Shown one piece after another: positions 1 through 12,547 of a stretch of 64,000 bases of DNA (position 1 is the stretch's first letter; each line of letters starts with the position of its first letter). The translations under genes were made by a program, and so were the position numbers. The stretch comes from Octopus vulgaris (Eukaryota): contig OX597830.1 in NCBI GenBank assembly GCA_951406725.2, forward strand, positions 20,398,001 through 20,462,000, in the 5' to 3' direction. Below the pieces are notes generated by a model, which was not told where the DNA came from, did no database searches, and worked only from the letters and a program-made list of their open reading frames with translations.

Positions 1-779
1 TACATACATACATACACACATACATAAATACATACATAAACATACACACACATACACATACACATTCATACATTCATAGACTCATATACAAACATACATA
101 TATATATATATATATATACATACATATATTAACAATTTATTTTCAGATGTTGCTTGTTATAATAAGTTAAACCAAATGGATTGAAATACTGGTCACGTGT
201 GCAGTGACCTATGGTTATTATATAAGTAATTATATCGCTACACAGATCCACTTATCATATGTGTGTATGTGTGTGTGTGTGTTTGAATATATATATATAT
301 ATATATATATTTATATTTACATTTATATAAATGCATACATATATATGTGTACATACATTTTCATACACATATGTACATATATAAACACATACACAAATAC
401 GCATATATATATATTGTACGTAATTAGATTATATATGTTAATTAAATCATTTATATGAGTAATTAAATCATAGCACCGTTTCATTTATTAGTAGCTATCA
501 GTGTTAGTGTAGCTACAATCCATTCGAATATTGATCGTATTCAGAGCGAGAATATTATGTATATATGTATATATATTTCTTCGCTAATATTTCTCCGGGT
601 TACGTAACGGAGTAAAATGAGAGCCGTATGATGGGGATAACCTGATTAGAACCGCACCCCGAGTACAGGGCATATATATTGTTGGTGTGATTGATTAAAT
701 CTGGGCTAGAAAGCTTCGACCAAGCAAGCCTATCATCGAAATCATTCTTCATTCCAGATATGACCTTCCCGTCTTTTAT

Positions 780-833
<54 letters not shown>

Positions 834-890
834 TTCTCTTATCTTTTACTCCTTGGGGTCATTGGACTGCTTTCGTGCTATATCATCGTC

Positions 891-1076
891 TTAACCCTTT
901 AGGTTTAAACCAGCCACACCCAGTCAAAATCCCCTCTCTGTCTTAAGTTTAAACTAGCCATATCTGGCCTCTCACACCTACCCTGAAAGGTCATTCTGAA
1001 AAGTAAACAGCCACATTATTGAAATCTCAAATCTACAAGATAATGCATGATTAATTCAAAACAATTTGAATAAATA
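891..1076 (+). mobile_element. piggyBac-like non-autonomous DNA transposon, left end only
   Basis: Starts TTAA-CCCTTT, the TTAA target plus CCCT terminus typical of piggyBac. No matching right end is seen; it is cut by a SINE at about 1080. Confidence 0.45.
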
Positions 1077-1079
1077 TTG

Positions 1080-1262
1080 GTTTTAAATTTTTGACACAAG
1101 GCCCGCAATTTCTTGGGGATGGGATGGGGGGGTTAAGTCGGTAATGTCGACCCCAGTGTTCAACTGGTACTTATTTTATCGACTCTGAAAGGATGAAAGG
1201 CAAAGTCGACCTCGACGGAATTTGAGTAGCGGTCGTAATGGCGTCAAGCATTCTGTTCGGCA
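1080..1262 (-). mobile_element. SINE family B (tRNA-derived), partial
   Basis: Reverse complement of the core CAAATTCCG-CGAGGTCGACTTTGCCTTTCATCCTTTC...GATAAA...AAGTACCAGT...CACTGGGGTCGA shared with 7474, 19290, 25303, 25537, 32170 and 50010. Confidence 0.8.
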
Positions 1263-1264
1263 TA

Positions 1265-1645
1265 CTCTTTAGTCTTTACTCTTTAATTTTTACTCTTTTA
1301 CTGGTTTCAGTCATTTGACTGCGGCCATGCTGGAGCACCGCATTTAGTCGAGCAAATCGACCCCAGGACTTATTCTTTGTAAGCTTAGTACTTATTCTAT
1401 CGGTATCTTTTGCAAACATACACACACACACAAACATACACACATACACACACACACGCACACACATATATTATATATATACATATATACGACGGGATTC
1501 TTTCAGTTTCCGTCTACCAAATCCACTCACAAGGCTTTGGTCGACCCGAGGCTATAGTAGAAGACACTTGTCCAAGGTGCCGCGCAGTGGGACTGAACCC
1601 GGAACCATGTGGTTGGTAATCATGCTAAATACCACACGACCACTC

Positions 1646-1647
<2 letters not shown>
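1265..1647 (-). mobile_element. SINE family A (tRNA head, CORE-like CCTTGGGCAAGT domain, internal microsatellite, LINE-derived tail)
   Basis: Matches the window's dominant repeat: A-box GGCTGTGTGG, B-box GGTTCAGTCC, tail GGTGCTCCAGCATGGCCGCAGTCAAATGACTGAAAC then (AGTAAAAG)n. Confidence 0.9.
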
Positions 1648-1676
<29 letters not shown>

Positions 1677-1745
1677 CATACATACATACATACATGCATG
1701 CATACACCCATACATACATATACATGCATGCACATACATACACAT

Positions 1746-1776
<31 letters not shown>

Positions 1777-1975
1777 CATCCATACATACAACCATACTTA
1801 TATACATGCATACATACATACATACATACATACATACATGCATGCACATACATACACATATACATACATACATACATACATACATACATACATACATACA
1901 TACATACATACATACATACATACATACATACATACATACATACATACATACATACATACATACATACATACATGT
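1648..1975. repeat. (CATA)n microsatellite
   Basis: Direct reading; the HTYI/MYVC ORFs here are artefacts. Confidence 0.95.
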
Positions 1976-2004
1976 ATGTGCATGTATATTTATGCATGTA
2001 TATA

Positions 2005-2108
2005 TATCCTGTCGATGCTGTTGAAATTTCAATGAAGGAGTCTTGGATCTAGGTTAGAAACCAGCACTTTCTCTATTGGCAAGAAATTTTGAAATAAAAC
2101 TGAATAGT
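2005..2108 (+). mobile_element. 3' UTR fragment of an R4/R2-like RLE LINE
   Basis: AAGGAGTCTTGGATCTAGGTTAGAAACCAG resembles AGGAGGAGTTTTGTATCTTTGTTAGAAGCCAG in the 3' UTR of the RLE LINE at about 43365. Both copies are followed by CATACAT. Confidence 0.5.
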
Positions 2109-2112
2109 AACA

Positions 2113-2174
<62 letters not shown>

Positions 2175-2482
2175 CTGACTCTCCGTCGTTTACAACAACG
2201 AGAATTCCAGTTGATCCGACCAATGAAATAGCTTGCTTTTGAAATTAACATGCAAGTGGCCGAGTACTCCACAAACATGCGTACCCTTCACGTAGTTCTC
2301 AGGGAGAATCAGCGTGACACAGAATGTAACAAGGCCGGCCCTATTAAATACAGGTGCAACTCATTTTTGCTAGTTGAGCGGACTGGAGCAACGTGGAATA
2401 ATGTATCTTGTTAAAGGACACACGACGCTCCGCCGGGAATCGAACTCACGTCCTTATGATCGTGAAACGAATACCTTAGACT
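2175..2482 (-). mobile_element. SINE family C (tRNA-derived)
   Basis: Reverse complement has B-box GAGTTCGATTCCC and the body GAGAACTACG..AAGGGTAC...GTGGAGTACTC...CGACGGAG shared with 14868, 36400 and 55480. Confidence 0.85.
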
Positions 2483-2570
2483 GAGCGTGACGACAAAAGA
2501 ACTAGACCTCAAAATCGTTGGAAATAGAGAACTATATTCATCGAGTGATACTGTAATAGAGACTCACGTT

Positions 2571-2625
2571 CAGGACTTTAAGTTTCATTGTCAACGATAC
2601 GATGATCGCCACACTTCTTCAGTTG
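2571..2625 (-). ncRNA. degenerate type-I hammerhead ribozyme motif
   Basis: Minus strand reads CTGAAGA-AG-TGTGGCGAT..ATCGTTGACA-AT-GAAAC-TTAAA-GTC. Core and stem II are present; stem I is poor. Confidence 0.55.
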
Positions 2626-2735
2626 TCGTAAGCCCGAGCAGGTAATTTCAAAAACACTGTTAAGAAAATAGTACTTGGATATCAAAGGCAGAGAGTAAAC
2701 TATAATGTTGTATTGCGGTTAAAGAAACTTCTCAA

Positions 2736-2775
2736 ACTATTATTCCGAGTTTCTTGTAATCAATCATCAGACATT
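2736..2775 (-). ncRNA. degenerate minimal hammerhead ribozyme motif
   Basis: Minus strand reads CTGATGA-TTG-ATTA-CAA-GAAAC-TCGGA-ATA. Core is canonical with a 3-bp stem II; the triplet is ATA rather than GTA and stem I is weak. Confidence 0.5.
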
Positions 2776-3587
2776 GCATGTTCCCAAAAGTTCACTTCAC
2801 TCTTTTGATCGTTGGTGGTATTGATAATGATGGTAGAACTGGTGATGTTGATAATTTTGATAATTCTGATGGTGCTGGTGGTGCTGATAATGTTGGTAAA
2901 GCTGAATGTTCATAATTTTGCTAATGAAGATAATGTTGATAATTATGGATATGGTGATAATGCTTCTGCTAATGATGACGTTGATAATTAAGTTGATGTT
3001 GGTGAAGTTAAAAACTATATTGGTGTTGATAGTGTTAGATATAACAGGTAATGCTAATACTGTTGCTAATGCAAGTCATGTTGGTGTTGATGATGGCGAC
3101 GCTATTGGTATTGTTAATTATTGTAGCGCTACAAATGTCGCTAACTTAGAAAATGCTGGTTTTGCTGGTAATGGCGGTGATGCCATATGCGTTGCGAATC
3201 ATGATGGAGTTGGAGATGTTGATAACTCCGTCGATGTCAGCGGTGCCACCAACGATGGTGCTGTTGTTAGTGATGCTAATGGTTATTATGTTGGTATTAT
3301 TGATAACGATTGCAATGCTAGCGGTGTTGCTAATAACGATGGCGATGTTTGCTAATATATATCTGGTGGAATGTTATTTTATGCGACTCCTTGTGCGACG
3401 GCTGTGGCACCCAATGGGTTGAGCGATGAAATGCCGAATGCACATACCGACACGCACGTTTGTGCCATTGCATATATTACATTATATTACACACACACAG
3501 ACGCACACAAGCGCACACACGCATATGTGTACAGATAGAGACACAATTATATATATATACATCAATACATACTTATAGCTATATATA

Positions 3588-3789
3588 TTCTTTTATTCTT
3601 TTATTTGTTTTAGTCACTTGACTGCGACCATGCTGGAGTACCGCCTTTAGTCGAACAAATCGACCCCAGGACTTATTCTTTGCAACCCTATTACTTATTT
3701 AATCTGTCACTTATGCCGAGCAGCTAAGGTACGGGGACGTAAACACACAAGCATCGGTTGTCAAACGGTGGTGGGGTGATAAAGACACT

Positions 3790-3790
<1 letters not shown>
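3588..3790 (-). mobile_element. SINE family A, 3' half
   Basis: Tail and post-microsatellite domain are present, running into a long (TA)n; no head found. Confidence 0.85.
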
Positions 3791-3854
<64 letters not shown>

Positions 3855-3908
3855 CACACACACATGTATATATACATATATGCGAAATACAGTCAACCAT
3901 CAAGACAG

Positions 3909-3939
<31 letters not shown>

Positions 3940-3981
3940 TATATGTATATATACATACATGCATACATATTATATATATAT

Positions 3982-4035
<54 letters not shown>

Positions 4036-4132
4036 GCATACATGTGTATATACATACATATATACATACACATATATATAGATGTATATATATGTATTGA
4101 TATGTATATATATATATATGTATATATAAGTG

Positions 4133-4167
<35 letters not shown>

Positions 4168-4459
4168 GTATATGTGTATATATAAATATATATATGTATA
4201 TATATGCGTATATATATATATATATATGTATATGTATATATATATGTCTGTATATATATATATATATATACATAGACGCGTACACATACGTATAATGCTT
4301 ACTCACGTTGGCTTGTCTCCTCTCTGTCTCACTTTCTCTCTCTCCCTCTTTCTCTCTCCCTCTTTCTCTCTCCCTCTTTCTCTCTCCCCTATCTTCTCCG
4401 ACTCATTGGTAGTTTCTCTTTAAGAATTTCCTTTATTCTTCTTACTTTCCGTCTCTCCC

Positions 4460-4510
<51 letters not shown>

Positions 4511-4995
4511 TTATCTATATATCTCCATCTCCTCCTCGTTTCTCCCCTCCACCCCTCTCTCTCTCTCTCTCTCTTTCCAGTCACTCTTTCCAACTTCCTC
4601 CCTACCCCTACATTATTGATCCAGACCCCATAATACATACACACATAACTTACATCCATAGCCACGACCCACACGCCGCTACCGATCACGCCATTCTCAA
4701 GGGAGGTAAGGCGGTGGTTACCCTACTTTCGCTGATTAATCTTGTTACAAACCGAAAGACGCACGGTTGCCGTGTGGGTAGGGAACAGTGTGGGTGGGCA
4801 GGGGGCATGGAAGACCAAATTCAAAAGAAAATGAAAAAAAAAAAGATATCACAGGCACAAACAATACAGAAATAATGTAAACGAAATAAAGCACAAAAAA
4901 TGGTGAAAAATAAGGAAAGATAAAATATAAATTGGAAAAATTTTTTTGAAACGTAAACTGTAGAGAAGAAATATGTGTATGCATTTAAGTGTTTG

Positions 4996-5087
<92 letters not shown>

Positions 5088-5103
5088 CGTGTGTGTATAT
5101 ATG

Positions 5104-5138
<35 letters not shown>

Positions 5139-5584
5139 GTATGTATATATATATATATATACGCACATATATAGATTAGAAAGTAGATAAATTGAATGGT
5201 AAATTACACATACATACATACGTACGTACTTACGTATGTACGTGCGTACATACATAAGTACGTACGAATGTGCATGCATACATACATACGTATACACACA
5301 CATATATGTATATATATATGTGTGTATAGATATATATATATATACTCACATACATACACATGCAGAAAAAAATGGATATAAATTGAATTGCAAATGTGTA
5401 TGTCTCAACACACACGAACACATACACATATATGTGCATATATGTGTATATGTAGTATATATGGCTGCGTGTCAATGTTTGTATGTATAAGTACATACAT
5501 ACACACACACATACATACATACATCTATATATACATTTATATACATATATACATATATATATATACATACATATATACATATAC

Positions 5585-5647
<63 letters not shown>

Positions 5648-6012
5648 TATGTATTTATATCTCACCACACATACCCAGACATAGACGCGCACGGAAACTC
5701 GTACAATCTTAGGATCACACACTCATCTCTATTTAGGAATGAGCGTGCGATCCTACGAATAGAGAAAGGTAGAATGGAAGGGAATCGGACACAGAAGTGG
5801 AGATTAAAAGTCATGAATGAAAATGAAGGAAAAAAGATAAATCTAGGTATGGACAGAGACAAAAAGAAACAATCAGATAACCTATGAGAAACACATACAT
5901 TGCAATATGTATACACTTTTACATATATACACATATATGTGTACTTTATGTAAATATATATATATGTATGGACACACACGAACTCACACACACGTGTATA
6001 TATATGCATGTA

Positions 6013-6076
<64 letters not shown>

Positions 6077-6104
6077 TTTATATATATATTCATTTATATA
6101 TATA

Positions 6105-6152
<48 letters not shown>

Positions 6153-6158
6153 TTTATA

Positions 6159-6216
<58 letters not shown>

Positions 6217-6219
<3 letters not shown>

Positions 6220-6842
6220 TTTATAGTAGTTTCATGTCATAAGGACAATCGTCACAGCACGTATCTTGGTTATCGTCACTTTTCCAGATTGGTATTTTGA
6301 AGTAAAAAATTCGTTCATGTTTCTTTCAAAATCTATAAGCTTGAGGTGCTAGCGATGAGTACATCTTATTAATAGGGCAATAATACTCAAGTGATATCAT
6401 GAAAAAATAAATAAATCACAAATAGGTTTAAGGAAATGATTAAAAACAAAGGGTGTTAAAAAATGAAGGAGATGGATGTCTGAAAGAACAAACATCACTA
6501 ATAGAAGTGAGAAAATAGAAGCGACTTAGAAAAAAAGAAGTGAAGTGGAAATAATTGCAGCCAAAAAAATCATGTGTCTACATAACAGTATATTAGTCAG
6601 ATTTAGATGGTTTGATCAATCGTGTAACAAGTGCTTCTCAAAGTGTCTACACTTAATATATATTTCTGATCCGGTGTCTGAATACAAATGTTAGCTATAC
6701 AGGATTTCACTGGTTTTCACACAGCGCTTATTTCCATTCTTGTGGCGATGTGATTTTTCAATAATCTTCCATTTCATGTAGTAATTAAGAGCTATTCCTT
6801 TTAATTACCACTTGTAGTTGAATATTTTCTTTTTGAGCGCGC
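6217..6842 (-). pseudogene. Penelope-like element relic: GIY-YIG endonuclease C-terminus plus 3' region
   Basis: Minus strand about 6830-6615 translates with stops and frameshifts as KRKYSTT..W*LK..MKWKIIEKSHRHKNGNKRC..SEIYIKCRHFEKHLL*. This matches the W-x-I...K-x-C...SE...CRH..K..L terminal pattern of Penelope-like (Neptune-type) proteins. It abuts (TA)n at 6216. Confidence 0.65.
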
Positions 6843-6895
6843 TTAATGAAAATATATACAAGTTAAAATTTGTATGTATGTATTTATGTATGCAG

Positions 6896-6974
<79 letters not shown>

Positions 6975-7152
6975 TGTATGCATGAATTTGTATATATACA
7001 TATAGGTAAATTTTTTTTTGTGTTCGCCAGTGCGTGAATGTGTGTGCGCGTAAGTACGTGCGTATTTACGTATATTTGTATATATGCACAAATACAACGG
7101 CATACGTATATGTATTCAAATATACACACATATAAACACATATGTATATATG

Positions 7153-7184
<32 letters not shown>

Positions 7185-7473
7185 TGTATGTATGTATGTA
7201 CAAGGTGCGTAAGATATTTGAAGACAGATTTATGTTTATAAAAGGGCAGATATATAATAATAGATAATAATTTTATTTATCAAAGAATACTATGAGGATA
7301 AAAATAAACCACAATAGCAGCATGACTCTTCATTTCTTGAATAAGATGGTCGTCTGCCATTATTATTTTCTGAAACAAAGATTATACAGAGTTTGTAAAA
7401 AAAAATACAGCAATAGCCCAAATATGGTATGTCCTCAAATACCTTACGCACTCTGTATATACAGATATATATA

Positions 7474-7670
7474 TTTCTTTATTACCCACAAGGGGCTAAG
7501 CATAGAGGGGACAAACAAGGACAGACAAAGAGATTAAGTCGATTACATCGACCCCAGTGCGTAACTGGTATTTAATTTATCGACCCCGAAAGGATAGAAA
7601 GCTCAGAACGTAGTGACAGACGAAATACTGCTGAGCATTTCGCCCGGCGTGCTAACGTTTCAGCCAGCTA
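7474..7670 (-). mobile_element. SINE family B with Tx1-LINE-like tail
   Basis: Family B head and core. The tail's reverse complement is TTTGTCCCCTCTATGCTTAGCCCCTTGTGGGTAATAAAGAAA. Confidence 0.85.
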
Positions 7671-7675
7671 AACAA

Positions 7676-8052
7676 ACTTTGGAAGTGCCGAATGTGTTGG
7701 CGTTTCGCAGACAATAAAGTAAATTTCGAATTAAGAACAGCAGAGAAAGATTACGTATTTTACCTTTAAAAGACAGAAAAAGTTGCCTGCAGGCGACTAC
7801 GGGAGTCAAACCTGTAACCCTCATATACTGGCTGAGTGCTCTATTATTCAGCTAAATGGTTCCTGAAAACAATTACTGTCAATTTTAATGCTAAATTATA
7901 GATTATCGAATGAAATAACATTTTATAAACAGAATTTGGAAACGTCGAATTTGCTGATGTTTTGCAGACAGGGAACTAAATTTCGAACACAATAAAGCTG
8001 TAAGAACAGCAAAGATTGGGTATTTACCCTTATAAGATGGAAAAAAAGTTAC
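7676..8052. repeat. diverged direct repeat (about 110-bp blocks at about 7677 and 7934) flanking a tRNA-like segment
   Basis: Both blocks read TTTGGAA..CGAAT..TG.TG..GTTT.GCAGACA..TAAATTTCGAA..TAAGAACAGCA..AAAGATT...GTATTT.ACC.TT..AAGA..AAAAAGTT.CC. Confidence 0.6.
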
Positions 8053-8193
8053 CAAAATATGTATTTATATATCCAATACGGAGGCAAGTGCTAACACTTC
8101 TATGTGGCATGATTGAACCATTGTGAAAATCTCTTCACATAAATACCAACGTCCATACAGAAATTCCTGGAATTATTACAGCGACGTTTGCTA

Positions 8194-8285
8194 AGTATCG
8201 CTGATGATGTCTGGTAGCCATAAGTGGTGAACGTGCTCTGCAGACATACGACCTGGGACTTACTCAGAAATAAGGTTTCGATACT
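8194..8285 (+). ncRNA. type-I hammerhead ribozyme motif (degenerate stem III) in a Penelope-like relic
   Basis: A 7-bp stem I (AGTATCG/CGATACT) brackets CTGATGA...GAAA-TAAGG-TTT, with an internal TGTCTG/CAGACA hairpin. Upstream 8105-8175 weakly resembles the Penelope HD(W)..VKI..KFLE C-terminus. Confidence 0.6.
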
Positions 8286-8341
8286 GTATTTAACACGTAT
8301 TTTTTAACGTTCATTGTTAAATCTTATATATATATATATAT

Positions 8342-8600
8342 TTCGTTTTTGGATTTGAGTTGCAAGATTCTTTATGTGAGTTCGTGTATTGAAGCATATT
8401 CTGCTGTGTCTGGGGAGAGTCATTTTCTTTTTGTGCCTTATAATGTAACACACTCACTGGTAAAAGACCATTGAAAAGGTTGCAAGATGCAACGAAAATT
8501 TTAGGAAAATAAAAAATAAGAAATAAGTGGAAATTTTACCGGTGAGTGTGTTAAATTATAAGGCACAAATAGAAAATGACTCTCCCCAGACACAACAGAA

Positions 8601-8601
<1 letters not shown>
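8342..8601. mobile_element. TA-flanked insertion with about 66-bp inverted arms (Penelope pLTR-like)
   Basis: 8399-8465 is the near-perfect reverse complement of 8534-8600; (TA)n lies on both sides. Confidence 0.6.
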
Positions 8602-8641
<40 letters not shown>

Positions 8642-8643
<2 letters not shown>

Positions 8644-9070
8644 TTATAGTCTTTTACTTATTTCAGTCATTTGACTGTGGCCACGCTGGAGCACCACCTT
8701 TAGTCGGGGAAATCGATCCCAGGACTTATTCTTTGTAAGCCTGGTACTTATTCTATCGGTCTCTTTTGCCGAACCGTTAATTTACGGGGACGTAAACACA
8801 CCAGCATCGGTAGTCAGGCGATGCTGGAGGGACAAACACACATGCACACAGAAACATATACGCACACAAACATATAAATATATATATCTATATATATACG
8901 ATGGGCTTCTTTCAGTTTCCGTCTACCAAATCCATTCACAAGGCTTTGGTTGGCCCGAGGCTATAGTAGAAGACACTTGCTCAAGGTTCCACGCAGTGTG
9001 ACTGAACCCGTGTGTGACAGAACATGTGGTTGGTAAGCAAGCTACTTACCACACAGCCACCCTTGCGCCT
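8642..9070 (-). mobile_element. SINE family A, full length
   Basis: Tail, middle domain, internal microsatellite and tRNA head are all present. Confidence 0.92.
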
Positions 9071-9183
9071 AAAATGTATGAATTTCTACCGGTCGTTGAA
9101 ATCTATAGAGAAACAAAAGACAAAGACAGGTGTATGAACAACAAGCATGTGTAATTGCTTGACGCTCGGGAAAATGAAAAAGT

Positions 9184-9219
9184 CTTTTACGTTTCGAGCC
9201 TACACTCTTCAACAGAAAG
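9184..9219 (-). ncRNA. variant minimal hammerhead motif (A6 replaced, no loop III)
   Basis: Minus strand reads CTTT-CTGTTGA-A-GAG-TGTAGG-CTC-GAAAC-GTA-AAAG, with stem I CTTT/AAAG and an ACGT palindrome. A related copy with the motif deleted lies at about 35110-35260. Confidence 0.5.
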
Positions 9220-9537
9220 GAATATAAACAGAGAGAGAGAAAAAAAACTTGTGGAGTTAGCGGTCAAGCATGGCGACTGATTTGGAAAAGAAGTTTGACA
9301 GAATTTGAAAGACGAATACCCATTCTTGCCTCCCCAGAGCGTTTTATTAATACTTTGCATGTACCACGTCCTCGTGTTGTTGTTTTTTTTTTCATGTGTT
9401 TTATCTCCGTTGTTGTTTTTTTTTTTTTGGTGGGGTGGGATTAACTATATATATGTGTTTGTGTGTGTGTGTGTGTGCATTCATACGTACACACATACGC
9501 AGACACACACACTCACATATAATACATATATGCATAT

Positions 9538-9692
9538 ACGAAGGCCTCTTACAATTTCCGTCCACCAAATCCACTCACAAGGCTCTGATTGGCTCGGGGC
9601 TATCGTAGAAGACATTTGTGCAAGATGCCGCTTAATGAGAATGAACCCGGGACCAAGTGGTCGGAAAGCAAGCTTCTTACCACATAGCCACG
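9538..9692 (-). mobile_element. SINE family A, diverged head
   Basis: Contains CCAAATCCACTCACAAGGCT...GAAGACA...GAACCCGG...TTACCACA. Confidence 0.75.
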
Positions 9693-9894
9693 ATATATTT
9701 CTAACTACCCACAACATAAATTCGCTTTCTTGCAAAGGCATTCGTATATTTTATAATATAGAAATGTATTTTAAATATACATTTTTTATCTTAAGGTTTG
9801 GTGAACAAATTACTGTGTTCACGTCTCTCATACTTTGGCAAGAACTCATTTCTAAAATGCATTAAGAGCATTAGGGATATGCCATCATCGTCGG

Positions 9895-10070
9895 TAGGCG
9901 TAGGAATGGCTGTGTGGTAAATAGCTTGCTTACGAACCACATGGTTCCGAGTTCAGTCCCACTGCGTGGCACCTTGGGCAAATGTCTTCTACTATAGCCT
10001 CGGGCCGACCAAAGCCTTGTGAGTGGATTTGGGATAACGGAAACTGAAAGAAGCTTGTCGTATATATATG

Positions 10071-10120
<50 letters not shown>

Positions 10121-10332
10121 TGTTTCAGTGTTTGTCCCCCCCCCCCGACATCGCTTCACAACCGATGCTGGTGTGTTTATGTCCCCGTAACTTAGCGGTT
10201 CGGCAAAAGAGACCGATAGAATAAGTACTAGGCTTACAAAGAATAAGTCCCGGGGTCGATTTGCTCGACTAAAGGCGGTGCTCCAGCATGGCCACAGTCA
10301 CATGACTGAGACAAGTAGAAGAGTAAAGAGAG
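9895..10332 (+). mobile_element. SINE family A, full length
   Basis: Complete head, internal (TA)/(TG) and tail. Confidence 0.93.
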
Positions 10333-10559
10333 TTTAGATTTAGATGTTGATTTAAATGAAGCGGTCTTTGAAAAATCTTAGTTGCACGGCCTTCTCTGTA
10401 TGATGTTTAAGTGTCATAATTTCAGTCGAAAGATGATTTTACAAAAATATTAAAAAATTGATAAAATTGAAATTTAAAAAAAAGTGAAGAAAAGACAAAT
10501 TAAATATACAAATTTATGGAAATAATATGTTTATGAATAAAATAGTTATGACAATTGCG

Positions 10560-10632
10560 ACAACATTAATGATGCTGATGATGATCATCAAAATGAATTT
10601 GGTGACAGTGGTGGTGGTGGTGGTGGTGGTGG

Positions 10633-10663
<31 letters not shown>

Positions 10664-11834
10664 GGTGGTGGTGGTGGTTGTGGTGGTGGTGGTGGTGCTG
10701 GTGATGGTAGTGGTTTGGTGATTATGATGATGTTGATGATGATGACAACGACGAAGAAGAAAAGGACGAGAAAGAGGAGGGGAAGAAAGAGGAGGAAGTT
10801 GGTGATGGAGGTGGTGTAGATGGTGATGGTGTTAATGCCGATGACGATAGTGGTAGTAGTGGGATGATGATGATAATGATGATGATGATGACAAGGAGGA
10901 AGAGGGGGAATATGATGATGATGAAGATGATAGTGATGACGGTGATAGCGATAATCCTTATTAATTCATGGTGAGAAGGAGGCTGACGATGATGATGATG
11001 GTGATGGTGATGGTGCTGGTGGTGATAACGGCGATAGTGGAGGTGAAGTAGTAGTGTTGGTGTTGGTGTTGGTGTTGTTGGTAGTGGTGGCAGTAGTAAG
11101 AGTTGTGATGATAGCATTCCTGTTAATCCATGAGGAGGAGGAGGAGGAGGAAGAAGAAGAAGAAGAAGAAGAGGAGAAGGAGGAGAAGAAGGAGGAGAAG
11201 AAGGAGGAGGAGAAAAGGAGGGAGGAGGAGTAGGAGAAGGAGGTGGAGGAGGAGGAAGAAGAAGAAGAAGAAGAAGAAGAAGAAGAAGGTGGAGAAGGGG
11301 TGGGGAAGATGAGGAGAAGACGAAGAAGAAGAAGAAGAAGAAGAAGAAGAAGAAGGAGGAGGAGGAGGAGGAGGAGGAGGATGAAGAGGAAGGAAGAGAA
11401 TGAAGACTACGACGACGACAACTATGATGATGATGATGACAACGATAACGATAATGTTGATTATGATAATGTTGCTGCTGCTGCTGCTGATGATGATGAT
11501 GACGACGACGACGACGACGACGACGACGATGATTAGAGCTAATCCATAGTATTGCCACTGAAGCAAACCAACGTGACACCATTTGTTTGTCTCTGCCATT
11601 CTGTATGGTTTGTCATGTGGAATTGTCTGATGATTGCTACGTAGTCATGGTAATTAATAATGGCTGCAGTGTTACTGGTGACAGGAGGTGGCGGCGGCGA
11701 CGGTAGGGATAGTGATGATGGCGACGGTGATGGCGGCGGTGACGGTGGTGGTGGTGGTGGTGGTGGTGGTGGTGGATGTTTTCTAGTGATTATCGTTGTG
11801 GTGGTTCCGATTGTAATGCTGATGGCAGTATTCG

Positions 11835-11867
<33 letters not shown>

Positions 11868-12260
11868 GGGTGGTGGTGGTGGTGGTGTGGTGGTGGTGGT
11901 GGTGGTGGTGGTGGTGGTGGTGGTGGTGGTGGTGGTGGTGGTGGTGGTGGTGGTGGTATTAAAGTTGTGATAGTGGGAGTGGCGACGATGACGACGACGC
12001 CGATGACAAGGGCGGCGACTATGATGATGATGATGATGATAGTGTAGGTGGTGGTGATGGGGTGGTGATGGTGATGATGATGATGATTATGGAGGTAGTG
12101 GTGGTGGTAGTGGTGGTGGTGGTGGTAACAGTGGAGGTAGTGATGGTAAGATGGTAACGTGGCACTGAGTGTTGATCATAATAAAAAAGGATAGAGATGA
12201 GAAAGGGAACGAAGAGGAAAAAGAAAGAGAAAAAGAAAAAAGGAGGAGGAGGAGGTATTA
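10560..12260. repeat. compound trinucleotide low-complexity region (GGT, GAT, GAA, GAG, GTT)
   Basis: Direct reading; the homopolymeric ORFs are artefacts. Confidence 0.9.
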
Positions 12261-12474
12261 AGAAGATATTGCTGTTGCTGTTGTGAGCGATTTGGTCGTC
12301 GGTGTGGTTAATACGTCTTTAACGAACTCAGCGGATATCAACCTAAGCCCAAGGCTGATGACTTTTGACCAAGGCTGTAAAGGTGTAGGAGCGAATACGT
12401 AACAGTTTCCTTGTAATACCTGAATGGTACAAGGTGGATTGTGTCGCTGGAAGATAGGTCTTATTTTTCACCTC

Positions 12475-12547
<73 letters not shown>

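Noticed and set aside
2906-3422. 149-aa Asp/Gly/Asn/Val-rich ORF
   Set aside because: It is a decayed (GAT/GGT/GCT) low-complexity tract open in several frames.
7199-7420. TACAAGGTGCGT start as a mariner-like TIR
   Set aside because: No matching opposite TIR or transposase remnant could be found by eye.
9895-9975. SINE heads as functional tRNA genes
   Set aside because: A/B boxes are present but there is no complete cloverleaf, and they are always fused to SINE bodies.
12355-12380. CTGATGA motif
   Set aside because: No downstream stem II-GAAA. The same holds for the minus-strand CTGATGA at about 27000.
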